Numbered from the stretch's first letter, positions 14,587-29,196 are shown. The stretch is DNA of 64,000 bases from Octopus vulgaris (GCA_951406725.2 OX597819.1:129704001-129768000), one strand, 5' to 3'. The notes: generated from the sequence alone by a model not told the origin. Made by a program: numbers and translations.

Positions 14587-15458
14587 CAGGGTGCGGTGAA
14601 TAAACTGTCGTCTAAATTATACAGAAATCAAAATAACACTGACATCCCATTTTAACATATTTGCTAAAATTACATTAAAATATCTCGAAATACTAAAGAG
14701 TAAATTTATTTACTAAAATCATTATTGGCTTCAACCACAGCCTCCGGACGACTTCGGAATCTCCAACTCTTCTGGATGGTCTCTTTGTTTAAGTTGGTGA
14801 ATGCTGCCATAATCCTTGCCTTCAGTTCATCTTTGGTGTTACAAGGAGTTTTGTTGGTCTCTCACTCAACTGTGCCCCGCACATAATAATCAAGGGGGTT
14901 GCAGTCTGGGGAGTTAGGTGGCCAGATGTTAGGGGTGATGTGGTTGCAGAAATTGTCTGACAGCCACGACTGGATTCTCCTGCTTGTGTGGCATGGTGCA
15001 GTGATCTGTTGTCAGATGTAGAGCTTTCCAGCAGCCACCCAGGGTAGCACAACCTCCTCCAGGCACTTGATGTAGGCACTCTGTGTCGAGTCAGAGGCCG
15101 TGTGGGGAGATGAATGAAGGTAAAACGTCGCCATCACTAGTGATCACTCCAAACACCATAATGCTGACTGGATGTTTGATTTTCATCACGCTCGGTACAA
15201 GTCCTCAGATTGCACTGTCCTAGATTGACACCCAAACACTCTGAAATGCTTGTATTGGAGTTTCCAGCGCGAATGCCAAGCAGTACAATATGTCGTTTCC
15301 AAATTTCTGGCAGAGTGAATTGCGTCATGGTGCTGTTTTTCTCACAGACGGTGCCCAACTGACCCTACTATACTTGTGTAGTCAACAAAATAAAAAACAA
15401 ACAATGTACATGCGCGAAATTAAAAATATAAAATGGCGACAATTTACCCATCGCATCG
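14587..15458 (-). mobile_element. Internally deleted Tc1/mariner-superfamily (DD37D/maT-like) DNA transposon
   Basis: TA-flanked imperfect TIRs (CAGGGTGCGGTGAATAAACTGTCG / CGACAATTTACCCATCGCATCG); minus strand encodes WPPNSPDCNPLDYYV..NTKDELKARIMAAF and N-terminal MTQFTLPEIWKRHIVLLGIRAG. Confidence 0.8.
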
Positions 15459-15494
15459 TATATGTGTGTGTGTGTGTGTATGTAACTATTTATG

Positions 15495-15700
15495 TTTGCG
15501 TGTTCGTTCTCCCACCGCTTGACAACCGGCGTTAGTTTATTTATATCTCAGTAACCAAGTGGTTCGGCAAAAGGGACCAATAAAGTAAGTACCACATTTG
15601 AAAGGAAAGGTACAGGGCTCAGTTCGATTGATTAAACATTTCGAGGCGGTGCTCCAGCATGGCTGGAGTCCATTGATTAAAACAAGTAAAAAATTTAAAA
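15495..15700 (+). mobile_element. SINE family B 3' half
   Basis: CGCTTGACAACCGG..GGTTCGGCAAAAGGGACC..GGCGGTGCTCCAGCATGGC. Confidence 0.75.
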
Positions 15701-15779
15701 GGCAAAAAATAAATACATGTACTTCGCAGACAGACTCATCGTAGAAAGGTCGTCCCATTTAATATTTAGAAACTGAAAA

Positions 15780-16150
15780 GGGGGGAAACATAAAGGGAGA
15801 TGAAAACCAAAAGTTATGGGGCTGGATAATGTAAACAATTGGACAGAATTTTTTTCGTCTTATTAGGCAGAAGAGATGGCAGTTCCCATGACACTTCACT
15901 GGTTCTCTGAGATTATTGAAAGGGATAAGGAGATGTATTCTCACGTCCGAGGCCTGCTCTGAATGCTTGCACCAGGATAGGTGCGCTAGACGCACCCAAA
16001 TGCTCCAGTTGGGGCAGTTAAAACAGGCAGAAATGAAGAACAATGGTACCGAAGCTGATGAGAGCAAATGATGCCTGATGTTGGTCGATTCCAAAAGAGG
16101 GCTTTCCATAGAATTTCTGTTCACATAATTCTTGCATGCTACACAAGAGA
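15780..16150 (+). pseudogene. Decayed RTE-type LINE ORF C-terminus
   Basis: Translates LIRQKRWQFP*HF..LRL, like the IR.RRW...GH..R motif downstream of RTE reverse transcriptases; stops and frameshifts. Confidence 0.4.
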
Positions 16151-16532
16151 TTGAAACACTAGGCCCATGATTGCAAACTGAATTCGTAACAATTCGGCCA
16201 CCCACACCCGCAAACGCATACGCAGGATTCCACACATATATACATACATACACACACACACACATATATACATACATACATACATACATACATGCATACA
16301 TGCATAGATACATACATACATACATGCATACATACATTTATATATGTATATATACATACAGTCACATACATACATACATACATACATACATACATACATA
16401 CATACATACAGTCACATACATACGTACATACATACATACGTACATACATACATACATACATACATGCATACATACATACATACATTCATACATACATTCA
16501 TACATACATACATACATACATACTTACACGCA

Positions 16533-16643
<111 letters not shown>

Positions 16644-16979
16644 GGGAGAGGGCGTGTGTACGTGTATGTGTAGATAGCTATGTGAATGTATATTCTGTCG
16701 TGGGAACTTTTCTTTATGTGTGTGTGAGTGTATGCATGCATGTTGGTCTGTGTGTGAGTAAGTGAGAACGAAAACGCCTAATTTCATGCCTCAGTAATGT
16801 TAATTAGCCAGTAGTCATTTGATTGACTTGCTCGGGTTATTTTCCTTGGTAAATGTATATACTGTCTCCCCTCATAGACGTAGACAAACATACACACGCT
16901 ATTTGTACAAACGCGCGCACACACACATACACACATGTACACACGGATATGTGCACTTATATATATATTTGTATATGTG

Positions 16980-17011
<32 letters not shown>

Positions 17012-17108
17012 CGCATACATACACACACACACATATATGTATATGTATGCTTATATATATATATATATATATATACATACACACACACATAAATACATAC
17101 ATACATAC

Positions 17109-17171
<63 letters not shown>

Positions 17172-17270
17172 TGTATGTATATACGCATGTATGTATCGTT
17201 TGGTATACATTTAAGGAGAAATATGATTTCCTGGTACCTTACAATGCCATACACATATTGGTATATATGA

Positions 17271-17315
<45 letters not shown>

Positions 17316-18039
17316 TATATACATATACATATACATATACATATATATACATATACATATATATATATACATATATTATTCATTATTATATATATACACA
17401 CACACATATTCGTGTATATACATATATACATATATATATATATATGTGTGTATATATATATATATATAAATAGAGAGAGAGAGAGAGCATATGTATATAC
17501 ATGCGTGTGTGTGTGTGTGTGTGTATGTGTTGTGTGTGTATGGATATATCTGGTATAATATGCGCATGTTTCGAAATGTCTCATTATTTAATCAGAGGCA
17601 GTGGATGGCGAAACACACACACACACACAACACACATACACACACACACACTAACAAACAGATCTATTTAGGAGGCTGTAAAACGACAACGTCAACAACA
17701 TTATGAACAACAACATTATGAACAACAACAACAACAAAACCAAAATGGCGACGACAACTTAATGAAAACCTTATTCATAGATGTAATGAACCGATCTGAA
17801 TTCGGAACGAAGGCATGGAAGGAGAGTCAGCGAGAGAAACTGTGAGGGAAACATTTGTTGACAGTGTCACTATTTCTGCTTAAGGTCGTGTCAGCCGTGT
17901 GATGGGTGACAATTAATTGATGTCAACTTTTTTTGTCGTATATAATATTGCATTGGAATTATTTCAGATGATGTATATGCATGTATGTAACCCTCTATAC
18001 ATATATGTTATATATACTATATATTATATTACATATATA

Positions 18040-18113
<74 letters not shown>

Positions 18114-18157
18114 TATATATATATATAGTACACATGTGTGTATTATATATAATACGC

Positions 18158-18195
<38 letters not shown>

Positions 18196-18477
18196 GTGTA
18201 TTATATGAAATGAATTATTACTTTTAATAATGTGGATGTATATGTATGTATGAACGGATGGATGTGTGTCTGTGTTTATCTCTGTATGTTCATATATTGA
18301 ACACGCAGATATGTACACATATGCATGAACACATATAAAAGCTCTCTCACACCCACAAAAGCACATACACATGCACACACACACACACATATATACATAC
18401 ACACACCTATGATTAATTGCTTAAGCTTCCGTGGAGTATATAATCACATTCAACACACTTTGGTTCCTGCTACAAAA

Positions 18478-18535
<58 letters not shown>

Positions 18536-18744
18536 ACACACTCACACACACACTCACACATACACACACACACAGACACACTCATGCACGCATGCACACA
18601 GGCGCACACATCCACACGCACACTCACATACACACACACTCACATGCAAACATTTAATACAGATGCACATATATGGATAAAAGCACACCTATTCATCCAC
18701 GTACATATGTACACGCTTATGCACATGTATGTATGTGTATAGAT

Positions 18745-18802
<58 letters not shown>

Positions 18803-19287
18803 GTATATATATTGAACACACACACAAACACACACATACGCATGCAAACAAACACTTGTATACATACAAAACCATCCACATCTCTCTCTCTCCATATATA
18901 ATATATATCATACAATTGTTTTTACACGGTACACCTGAAATTCCCTCCATTCGGTCCTGTTTTATTGACATAAGACATGGTCATAGTTCTAATTGCTTTA
19001 ATTAATTTTGAATTTCGTAATGACTATTTTTCACTAAAAATTTTCATGCTTTTGAACTTTTACTGCAAAACACAGGCTGAATGTATCGTGTCATTGCGTT
19101 ACTTTAGCACACACAGACACAGACACACACAGACACAGGCACACACAGACGCACATACGCGCCCGCGCACAAAGCACAGTGACATAATTTATGTAAATTT
19201 ATATATATATATATATATATATGCATGTGTCTGTATATATATATGCGCACATATAATATAGTTTAATATATATATATACAATTGCTA

Positions 19288-19500
19288 AAATAGGTTTCAA
19301 ATTTTCAAATTTTAGCAATTTTTGGGATGGGGCTAACCCATAACATCGACCCCAGTGCTCGACTGATGCTTATTTTATCGACCCCAGGAAGGGAAGGGCA
19401 ATGACGGCCTCAGCGGAATTTGAACCGAGAACGTAAAGACGGGCGAAACGTCGCTAAACCCTTTGCCTGGTGTGCGAACGATTCTGCCAGCCCTTCGCTT
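19288..19500 (-). mobile_element. SINE family A (older copy)
   Basis: ATCGACCCCAGTGCTCGACTG..CGGAATTTGAAC..AACGATTCTGCCAGC. Confidence 0.8.
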
Positions 19501-20415
19501 TCTTCGATCTTCTAATATTGATCAGAAGTTTCTTGTCTTCCAGTTTTATCGGTTCCTTAGTACACACTTGTTATCAAGTTAGAATTTCCAAAAATGTGGA
19601 TTTAGTTCACTGCATGTCAATAAAAAGCATTTTCCTGGTTAGCTCATATATGTGAGGATTGTGGGTGGTGGAAGGGTGTGTTCCGAAGAGAAGCCAACGG
19701 AGATGGATCTCGATGTCTTCTTGATCTCCAGCATCTTTTCATAGTCGATTGTTTCTATTTGCTCTTCCGATGAAATCGAGGAAAAAGTTCATTTCTTGGT
19801 ACTTTCAAAGCGACATTACTCCATTGTTGATTTTTCACATCTTCATCGAAATCGAGAGATGGAATATTAACTAAGACCAGTGTAATAATAATGTCTTGGA
19901 CTCATAAACTGTTTATTGATGACAATTGGAGCTGGTTGACCCTCTCAGACAATTCTGATCCTAACATAAAAACAACTCCTTAGATATTCTTTTTTTGTGT
20001 TTGCTTTCTCTTTCCTTTTCGAAAGACATTATAACTTGAACCTATTTCTTCAAGTTTTCTTTCCACCGAGAATTGTGTTTCCAAAAGAGCAATGATGTCC
20101 GAGGTTGAAACGTGAGAATTCTTTCGACACAAGTACTGTGCGTCTTACTGGTCTTTTAGTGTTATTATAATGAAGAAGAGTTATCACGTTCCAAATATCA
20201 GGTTAGTTAATCAAGATTGAGCTTTCTTGAATTTTCAATTGCATGATTGGTGACCTGCTGGGTGTAGTTGCCAAATCCAGGTACCGGAAAATCGATTCTG
20301 ATATTTTAGGCAATATTCATTTGGGTCTTTTCCCGTCTCATAGTGGAATGCTGTCAAACACTCATGCACTCACACGCACATATATTTAAGAAAGTTTGTA
20401 TTTGTCCACATTCTG

Positions 20416-20528
<113 letters not shown>

Positions 20529-20530
20529 CT

Positions 20531-20594
<64 letters not shown>

Positions 20595-20641
20595 ATGTAT
20601 ATACATACATAAACTTCTGCATGCATAATTATACATATACA

Positions 20642-21046
20642 GGCGGTGAGCTCACAGAATCGTTACCACACTGGGCGAAATGCTTAGCAGTATTTCGTCT
20701 GTCACTAAGTTCTGAGTTCAAATTCCGCCGAGGTCGACTTTGCTTTTTATCCTTTCAGGGTCGATTAAATAAGTACCAGTTACGTACTGGTGTCGATATA
20801 ATCGACTTAATCTGTCTGTCTGTCCTTGTTTGTCCCCTCTGTGTTTAGGTCCTTGTGGGTAGTAAAGAAATAGGTATTTCGTCTGCCGCTACGTTCTGAG
20901 TTCAAATTCGCCGAGGTCGACTTAGCCTTTCATCCTTTCGGGGTGGGTTGAATAAGTACCAGTTACGCACTGGAGTCGATGTAATCCCTTTGTCTGTCCT
21001 TGTTTGTCCCTTCTATGTTTAGCTCCCTGTGGGCAACAAAGAAATA
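20642..21046 (+). mobile_element. SINE family A, head plus two tandem bodies
   Basis: Body repeated via junction GTAAAGAAATA|GGTATTTCGTCTGCCGC at ~20872. Confidence 0.9.
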
Positions 21047-21206
21047 AATATATATACACACATGTGTACCCCTGCATGCGCGCACGCACGCACAAGCATA
21101 GTCACACTAACCTACGCAATCAAAGACGCATAAACACTTATTCCAGAGATGTGTTAGTCGAGCAAATAGCTTGATCTGAGACCATGAGTTCACAATGAAG
21201 CAACTA

Positions 21207-22497
21207 CGAGGGACGTTCAATAAGTAATGCCCCTGACCCACTTGCAGTTGTTTGATCTAGCTGAAATTTTGCATGTGCAAAAATTTATATCTCTATAGAG
21301 TAAGTGGCAAATTACAGCTCTGAACTAATTGTGGTTTCTGATTTACAGGTGTTTGAACTGAGTCAAGTGTGAAATGGAGCCTGTTGAGTGTCGATCAGTG
21401 ATTCGGTTTTTGTATTTGAAAGGACGCACACCACGGGAGACTTTTGATGAAATGAAATTAACTTATGGTAATGATGCCCCATCATATGACCTTGTAAAAC
21501 GCTGGAATCGTGAGTTCAAACATGATCGGAACTCTGTGGAAACAGCTCCCAGATCTGGTCGCCCCCTTCTGCCATTGATGAGGCATCTGTCCGTCAAGTT
21601 GAGGCTGCCATTTTGGAAGATCGACGCATAACTATTTGCCAAATAGCCCATGAGGTCAAGATTAGTACCGGGTCTATGGAAACTATCATTCATGACCATT
21701 TGCATATGCAAAAGGTGTCTGCCAGATGAATTCCCAGGCTGCTCACACCTTTCCAGAAGCAAGAACGCATCGAGTGTTCGAGGATGAATTTGGAGATGTG
21801 CCAAGAAGATGAGTCAACATTTTTCAAAAAACTGATTACACAGGATGAAACCTGAGTCCATCACTATGATCCGAGACCAAAGCCCAGCCAATGCAGTGGA
21901 AGCACCGTGACTCACCTCCTCCAAAGAAGGCAAGGGTGCAGCCCTCCGCTGGCAAGGTCATGCTCACAGTCTTCTGGGACCAGGACGGAGTAGTGAAGAC
22001 AGATTTCCTGGCAAAGGGTACCACAATTACAGGAGCCTGTTATGCTTCACTTTTGAGGAAATTAAGAGAAGCTATCAAAATCAAGAGGCGGAGCAAGATC
22101 AGCAAAGGCATCGTCCTCTTGCAGGACAATGCTCCGGTCCACAACTCGCGTGTCGCCAGATCAGAAGCACAGGCGTGCGGCTATGAAATCCTCCCCCATA
22201 CCACCTACTCTCCTGACCCTGCACCCTCTGATTTTCACCTCTTCCCAGCCATGAAGTTGTTTTTGAAAGGAAAGCGTTTCCCAGATGATGCAGCCTTGAT
22301 TTCTGAAGTCACGTCGTGGTTGGAGGACCAAGCTGGGGTCTTCTACAAAAACGGTCTCCAGAGCTGCATCAAACAATGGGAGAAATGCGTAACTCTGGTT
22401 GGTTCCTATGTAGAAAAAGACTAATAACTGTGCCAAGTTTCGTTGCTCTACTGCTATGGAAAGTGGGTCAGGGGCATTACTTATTGAATGCCACTCG
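21207..22497 (+). mobile_element. Full-length mariner (DD34D) DNA transposon
   Basis: TA on both sides; TIR CGAGGGACGTTCAATAAGTAATGCCCCTGACCCACTT versus AAGTGGGTCAGGGGCATTACTTATTGAATGCCACTCG; 1291 bp. Confidence 0.97.
21374..22424 (+). pseudogene. Mariner transposase pseudogene
   Basis: MEPVECRSVIRFLYLKG..PRSGRP, frameshift, KVSAR*IPRLLT, ITQDET*VHHYDP, LLQDNAPVH, YSPDPAPSDFHLF, WEKCVTLVGSYVEKD; at least 2 stops and 2 frameshifts. Confidence 0.95.
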
Positions 22498-22571
22498 TAT
22501 ATTTTAGAAGAGCGAATCCAGCTACTTTATAATATGTAAAGGTTTTGGATTCGTTTTGGTTTTGTATATAT

Positions 22572-22968
22572 TTTACTCTTTAAATACTCTTTTACTTGTT
22601 TCAGTCATTTGACTGTAGCCATGCTGGAGCACCGCCTTAGTCGAGCAAATCGACCCCAGGACTTTTTCTTTGTAAGCCTAGTACTTATTCTATCGGTCTC
22701 TTTTGCTGAATCGTTAAGTGACGGGGACGTAAACACACCAGCATCGGTTGTCAAGCAATGCTAGGGGGACAAACAGATACACAAACACTTACACACATAT
22801 ATATACGACGGGCTTCTTTCAGTTTCCATCTACCAAATCCACTCACAAGGCTTTGGTCGATCCGAAGCTATAGTAGAAGACACTTGCCCAGGATGCCACG
22901 CAGTGGGACTGAACCCGGAACCATGTGGTTGGTTAGCAAGCTACTTACCACACAGCCACTCCTGCGCC
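22572..22968 (-). mobile_element. SINE family B, full length
   Basis: Near-identical to 26330-26750 and 58779-59190; (AGTAAAAG)-type tail. Confidence 0.92.
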
Positions 22969-23069
22969 TATCTATTTATATATTTAATTTTTCTCTTTCT
23001 ATTGAGCTTTGACACACGCGTGTATATTGCATTTCTGTCCATTATCTTTGGCACTAGGACGTTGGTTAT

Positions 23070-23188
23070 CGATTGGTCGTCATCCCAGGGCTATAGTAGA
23101 AGACTTGTCGAAGATGCCATACGGTAGAACTGAACCTAAGACAACATAGTTGAGAACCAAGCTTCTTAACCATACAGCCACACCTTGC
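23070..23188 (-). mobile_element. SINE family B 5' fragment (decayed)
   Basis: GCTATAGTAGAAGAC..GAACTGAACC..CCATACAGCCAC. Confidence 0.65.
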
Positions 23189-23714
23189 ATATAATGACCC
23201 ATTTTTATCCGTTTCCCTTTCTCCTTTCTTACCCATTAGTTATGTATTTATTTATTTAACTTGATTTAAATTTATTTAATTTAATCTGTATAACTTCTTG
23301 TTTCTGTTCGCTATATGCAAAACGTAAAGCATAGATAATTTCTCTTCTGGAATTTAAGTCTTAGAAATTAGGTTTCTGCTATTTAGATTAAATATATTTT
23401 GAAGTGTACACAGATTAAGGGAACATAAAAAAAGAAACATGATGGCGGTGGTGGTGGACAGGGAACTGTTACAATGTAAATAAAATTTAAAGTGACTATC
23501 AGTGTGAACTGTATATGTGGATTACACAAACTTTATTATATATCTATTTATGCTCGAATGTATGTAGGCATATATACACATACATACACATACGGATATA
23601 TTTATAAATACCCATACTCCTATATACATATATACAAGAAGACATAAACACGTGCATACACAAATATATACTCAGATGTATGTATGTGCTTTTGGTTAAA
23701 GTGTTCAAGCAAAT

Positions 23715-26310
23715 CAAACAATGTACTGTCCGCGTTTCCGAAGAGTACAAGAAAGCACATAGAATGCAGGCCTTGTGCACACTAATCTTGGTCTTGATAT
23801 TCATGTCATGATCTGCCCATACTCTCTTCTCGAGTTTTCCAAAGGGCTACAGAGGCCTTCTAAATGCGCGAGTGTATTTCTGCATCCACTAAACCATCCC
23901 TTGATAATGCACTACCCAAGTAAACAAAAGTGCCAACTACACCCAGCCTAGTTCTATGCACCATTATATTTGGTTCGATATATGCTTCCCCTGGTGTTGG
24001 GGTGAACATTATCTTGGTCCTTTTTAAATTAATTTCCATGCCGAAGGCATTACAAGATACTGCAAAACAATCCATGATGTGTTGCATGTCATCCTGAGAG
24101 TGAGCCAAAAAGTCAACATCGTGAGCATACAAGAGTTCTCTAATTAAATTTTTGGAACACCTTGGATTTGAAATCGAACCTTCATAGGTCAAAGATCCTT
24201 CCTGTAGTTCTAATTTGCAAAAGAATACCCTTTGCACAGTCCTGGAACGCATGAGTCAGCATCACCGCAAAAAATATTGAGAACAGTGTGGGAGCCAGGA
24301 TATCTCCCTGCTTCAAACCATTATCAACTGGGATTTCATTGGGCAATTTTCCATTCAAGACAACCAGAGCCTTCATATTTCTGTGCAGTCGAACGAACAT
24401 AGCAATAAATCTTGGTGGGCATCCTATTATCCCTAATATTTCCCACAGTGCACCTCTGTTCACTGTATCAAGGGCCTTTGTCAGATCAACAAAGACCTGA
24501 TACAGAGAGGAACTCGCTGCTCAATACATTTCTCCTGAAGCCGCCTTGCTGAGAAGACCGTGTCAATCGTTCCTCTACCCGATCTGATGCCACTTTGTGA
24601 TTCAGGGATTACTGTAGGACAAATGTTCTCCATCAACTTGTTCAAAAATAATCTAGCAAGAACTTTGCCAACAGACTCCAACAGAGTAATGCCGCGGTAA
24701 TGATCGCAGATTCCTTTATCTCACTTGCCTTTAAACAAAGTTACTATCTATCCAATCTTGTGTTATAGGAGCTCCATCCCAGCACTCTGTGATGAGATGA
24801 AGTATTGTTCGTGTTATATCCTTATTACTAACCTTCAACAGTTTCACAGAAATTCCATCTGATCCAGGTGCCTTATCAGTGTTTAACTGGTTGATGGCCA
24901 TTCAAACCTCATTATAATTTGGTAATCGATCCATTTTGAACTTTACAACACATTAGGTGATGCCTTTTAGCACCTCATGATCAACTGTAGATTAATTATT
25001 AAATAAATCAGAAAAATATTCTTTCCAACATTTAAGGATTTTCTCTGATTCCTTGATGACGGTAGTATTATCTTTGGACATAATATGAACAATGGACGGA
25101 GTTGTTGGACCATATACTAAACGCAAAAGTCTACAGAACAATTTAAAATCCTTTGCTTTATAAGTACTTAGAATATCCTCAGAGATCTTCAACCACCACT
25201 TATTTTTAAGTCTTCTCAGCTCACGTTGTAAGATGGCTTTATATTCTTGATATGTTATTTTTAATAGCAGTTAAATTTGTAGGGCACTCTTCCAGAAGCT
25301 TCTCATGAAGAGCATGTCTTTTCTTTAAAAGTTGGTTGATAAACAAATTATTATCATCAAGCCAAAGCCAATCTTTATATTGTTCTTATTTTGCCCTGAA
25401 GTTCTGCTCCTGCTGTGTACAGTTGATCCCTGAAGTTTATCTACGTTTCATCGAAGTCAATACCATTCAAACGTTTATTCAAAACTCCGAGTATCTCTTA
25501 CTGTTTTAACTTTCCAACATCAATACGCTTCAGAGTTTTGATCTCACACAAACGAGATTTTTCCGTAACTTAAATTTTCCCCGAACCATCTTATGGTCAG
25601 TGTTGCATTCTTCACTACGCATCACACGCACATTGCACATTGCAGACATCATTCAGATCGTATCTTCGGGTTACTATGAAATCTATCATATGGCCATCTT
25701 TTCACCTTGGGTGTATCCATGTAACTTTATGCTTCTTCTTTTGGCGGAAGAACGTGTTGCAAATTGCTAGGTTGAGCTCTGAACAGAGTTCAAACAGCTT
25801 CAGACCATTGGCATTCATCTTACCGATGCTACCGCGGCATTTACTCTGTTGGAGTCTGTTGGCAAAATTCTCGCAAGTTGATGGAGGACATTAGCCTAGT
25901 GCATCCCATGTCTCATGGTCTCTGCCAACTCGGGCATTGAAATCACCAAGAATGATAGAATAGATACCAATTGTAGCACGAAGGGCATTCATAAAATGTC
26001 ATAATACTTCTCCTCACTGCCCTTGAGTGTTGGAGCATAAACTGATAGAATTGTTGCTTATAACCCACCTGCAAGTGGAATGAGCAGCTTCATTATACGG
26101 TCACCGATTGTAGTGGGTCATTCAAATGCCATGCTAGAGTCTCACGCACTGCAAAACCTACATCATCATCATCTCACCGTTCTCTTTTTGGTTGCCTTGT
26201 CCAGAAAAGCGTGAAACCTGATGATGCTTTAGTCAGCCGATCTCACCCTGATAGGCGTGTTTCTCACAAGGCTGCAGTATTTATAACTAATCTTACCAGT
26301 GCGGTTCTCC
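23715..26310 (-). pseudogene. RTE-clade (BovB-like) LINE, endonuclease plus reverse transcriptase, decayed
   Basis: INTAAL*ETRL, ILGDFNARVG, WIHPR*KDGHMIDFIV, GKVLARL..PESQSGIRSGRGTID, GLKQGDILAPTLFSIF, ELLYAHD (YADD), FVYLGSALS, LYSSET in correct order across broken frames. Confidence 0.95.
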
Positions 26311-26329
26311 TTTCTGGACATACATACAT

Positions 26330-26750
26330 ATTACTCTTTTACTCTTTTACTTGTTTCAGTCATTTGACTGCGGCCATGCTTGAGCACCGCCTTTAATCGA
26401 GCAACTCGACCCCGGGACTTTTTCTTTGTAAGCCCAGTACTTATTTTATCGGTCTCTTTTGCCGAACCGCTAAGTAACGGGGATACAAACACAACAGCAT
26501 CGGTTGCCAAGCAATATTGGATGGGACAAACACAGACACACAAACATACACGCACACACTTATATATATATATATATATACATATATACGACAGGCTTCT
26601 TTCAGTTTCCGTCTACCAAATCCACTCACAAGGCTTTGGTCAGCCCGAGGCTATAGTAGAAGACACCTGTCAAGGTGCCACGCAGTGGGACTGAACCCGG
26701 AACCATGTTGCTGGTAAGCAAGCTCTTTACCACACAGCCACCCCTGCGCC
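26330..26750 (-). mobile_element. SINE family B, full length
   Basis: As 22572-22968. Confidence 0.92.
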
Positions 26751-26768
26751 TATATATACATACATACA

Positions 26769-26800
<32 letters not shown>

Positions 26801-26844
26801 AATACATGTGTATGTATGCATGTGTGTATATATACATATATATA

Positions 26845-27031
26845 GATCGTTAGCCACTACACACATTTTTTTCTCTCCTTGTTTTTCTCCTTGTTTTTTT
26901 CCGTGTCCCTTTCTGTAGAAGAGCGTAGGCTCGAAACGTAAAAGACCTTTTCTATTCATGAGCGTTATACTAATACATCTGTTTGTTTTGCACACCACCT
27001 GTCTTAGTTTTTTGTTTTTTTCGTAAACTCT

Positions 27032-27034
<3 letters not shown>
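26845..27034 (+). mobile_element. Family H1 hammerhead element
   Basis: 26905-26946: GTCCCTTT CTGTAGA A GAGC GTAG GCTC GAAAC GTA | AAAGAC; TA-rich repeats on both sides. Confidence 0.8.
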
Positions 27035-27096
<62 letters not shown>

Positions 27097-27114
27097 AGCA
27101 TATACTTTTATACA

Positions 27115-27490
27115 TGTGGCTATGTGGTAAGTAGCTTGCTAACCAACCACATGGTTCCGTGTTCAGTTCCACTGCGTAGCACCTTGGGCAAGTGTCTTCT
27201 ACTATAGCCTCGGACCGACCAAAGCCTTGTGAGTGGATTTGGTAGACAGAAACTGAAAGTAGCCCGTCCGTCGTATATATGTATATATGTGTGTATGTAT
27301 GTTTGTGTGTCTGTGTTTGTACCCCCAACATCGCCAGACAACCGATGCTGGTTTGTTTACGTCTCTGTAACTTAGCGGTTTGAATAAGTACTAGGCTTAA
27401 AAAGAATAAGTCCTGGGGTTGATTTGCTCGACTAAAGGCGGTGCTCCAGCATGGCCGCAGTCAGATGACTGAAACAAGTAAAAGAGTAAA
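27115..27490 (+). mobile_element. SINE family B
   Basis: Full head to tail with a small internal deletion. Confidence 0.92.
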
Positions 27491-27533
27491 CATATGTGTG
27501 TCTGTGTGTCTGTGTGTATGTATATGTATATAT

Positions 27534-27653
27534 AATCGAATAAATAATAACAAACGATGGATAATTGTCATCTCATTACAACTGTTTCATACGTAACATT
27601 TTGATAGCAGAATGAGAACATTACATCTCTATAAAAGATTACGGAATCATCAG
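27534..27653 (-). mobile_element. Family H2 hammerhead element (truncated at the core)
   Basis: Reverse complement: CTGATGA TTCCGTAATC..TGTTACGTAT GAA ACA GT TGT A | ATGAG; homologous to 32826-32990. Confidence 0.7.
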
Positions 27654-27659
27654 TTCAAT

Positions 27660-28027
27660 AAGCAAACAACAAGAGAAACAAATGGAAAACAGGACAAGTA
27701 ACATAAAGAACGCCCCTTCATCAGTTGCCAGCTGTCTATCAAATCCTCATTTCGAGCACTGAACGACAAGATGAGTCTTCGAAGACAGTTGCACCATAAT
27801 AAAATTTGGGATTTATGGAGGGTAAAAGTTGGGAGCAAAAAAAACAAGACAGTGGAGACATACAAGGAAACAAACAAGCTCGAAATGAGGAGTAGATAGA
27901 CAGCCGACACCTGATGAAGGATCGTTTTTTATGCTACTTGTCCTGTTTCCCATTTGTTTCTCTCGTTGCTTGTTTTCGTATTTCATGTTGTTTACTGTTG
28001 GTGACGTCCTGTACCCATATATGCATA
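27660..28027. mobile_element. Fold-back element (~97-bp arms, 27660-27758 / 27878-27972) ending GTCCTGTACCCATATATGCA(TA)n
   Basis: Arms are reverse complements; same terminus at ~38664-38685 and on the minus strand at 61058-61112. Confidence 0.7.
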
Positions 28028-28032
28028 TATAC

Positions 28033-28133
<101 letters not shown>

Positions 28134-28528
28134 AGTGTACCTATATATATATAAATATATATATATGCATATATATATATATATGAAAATATATATGTAT
28201 GTACATATGTTTACAATGTATACGTATTTATATATATTATATATCTGTGTGCATGTATATATACATATGTATATATATATATATATATATGTATACATAT
28301 AAATATATATGTGTGTGTGTGTGTATGCATGTGCATATATATATGTGTGTGCATGTGCATATGTATGTGTTTGTATATGTAAATACATATGTTTCTGATT
28401 GTATGCAATGTATGAATTTTTTTTTATGTAGAAAGAGTGTGGGGAGGGGAAGAGAAATAGAGAGGAAGAGAGAGACAGAGATATAGACAGACAGTCAGGG
28501 AGACACAGAAAGTTATTGACAGACAGAC

Positions 28529-28620
<92 letters not shown>

Positions 28621-29196
28621 GTAGGTAGATAGATAGATAGGTAGATAGGTAGAGAGATCTCTCCTATCCCTTTATTCTTCATGCTGTCAAACCTCTCACA
28701 GATATATATATATACAAATACCCCTTTATTTCTTCCTTTCTTTTCTTCCCCCTATCTTTCGTGACCTTTCCATCCTTTATAGTATAAAATTCAATCAAAA
28801 CGAAATCATCCCAAAACGCATTTTTCTTTGTTTGTTTTTTTTAAACTTATTTAACTGTTTATTTTATACATGGATTTTTTTCCCTTCCGTTTTGTTTACT
28901 TTTTATTTTCCTTTTTATTTTCCTTTCTTTTTTTTTTCTTCTGGATTTTTCAGAATTTCCTCCAAACAATTTTGCCTTCCCTCCCACCATCATTCGAATT
29001 ATATAAATTAAGATGCTTCATAAAAGACAAACACAAGTTGTATCCGCGCTTCCATACATACAGAGACATATATACACATATATATATATATAATTTATAG
29101 GAACAAATACATACTCGCCTATATACATAAGTAGATAATATGTCTTTGTGTATGAGTGAACACACACACATGCATATATATGCATGTAAATATGTT

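Noticed and set aside
15759-16337. 192-aa minus-strand ORF
   Set aside because: Starts in a microsatellite, crosses a decayed SINE head and runs antisense to a LINE remnant.
19500-20340. Possible LINE ORF1 remnant on the minus strand
   Set aside because: Complex sequence with many stops and no motif I can identify with confidence.
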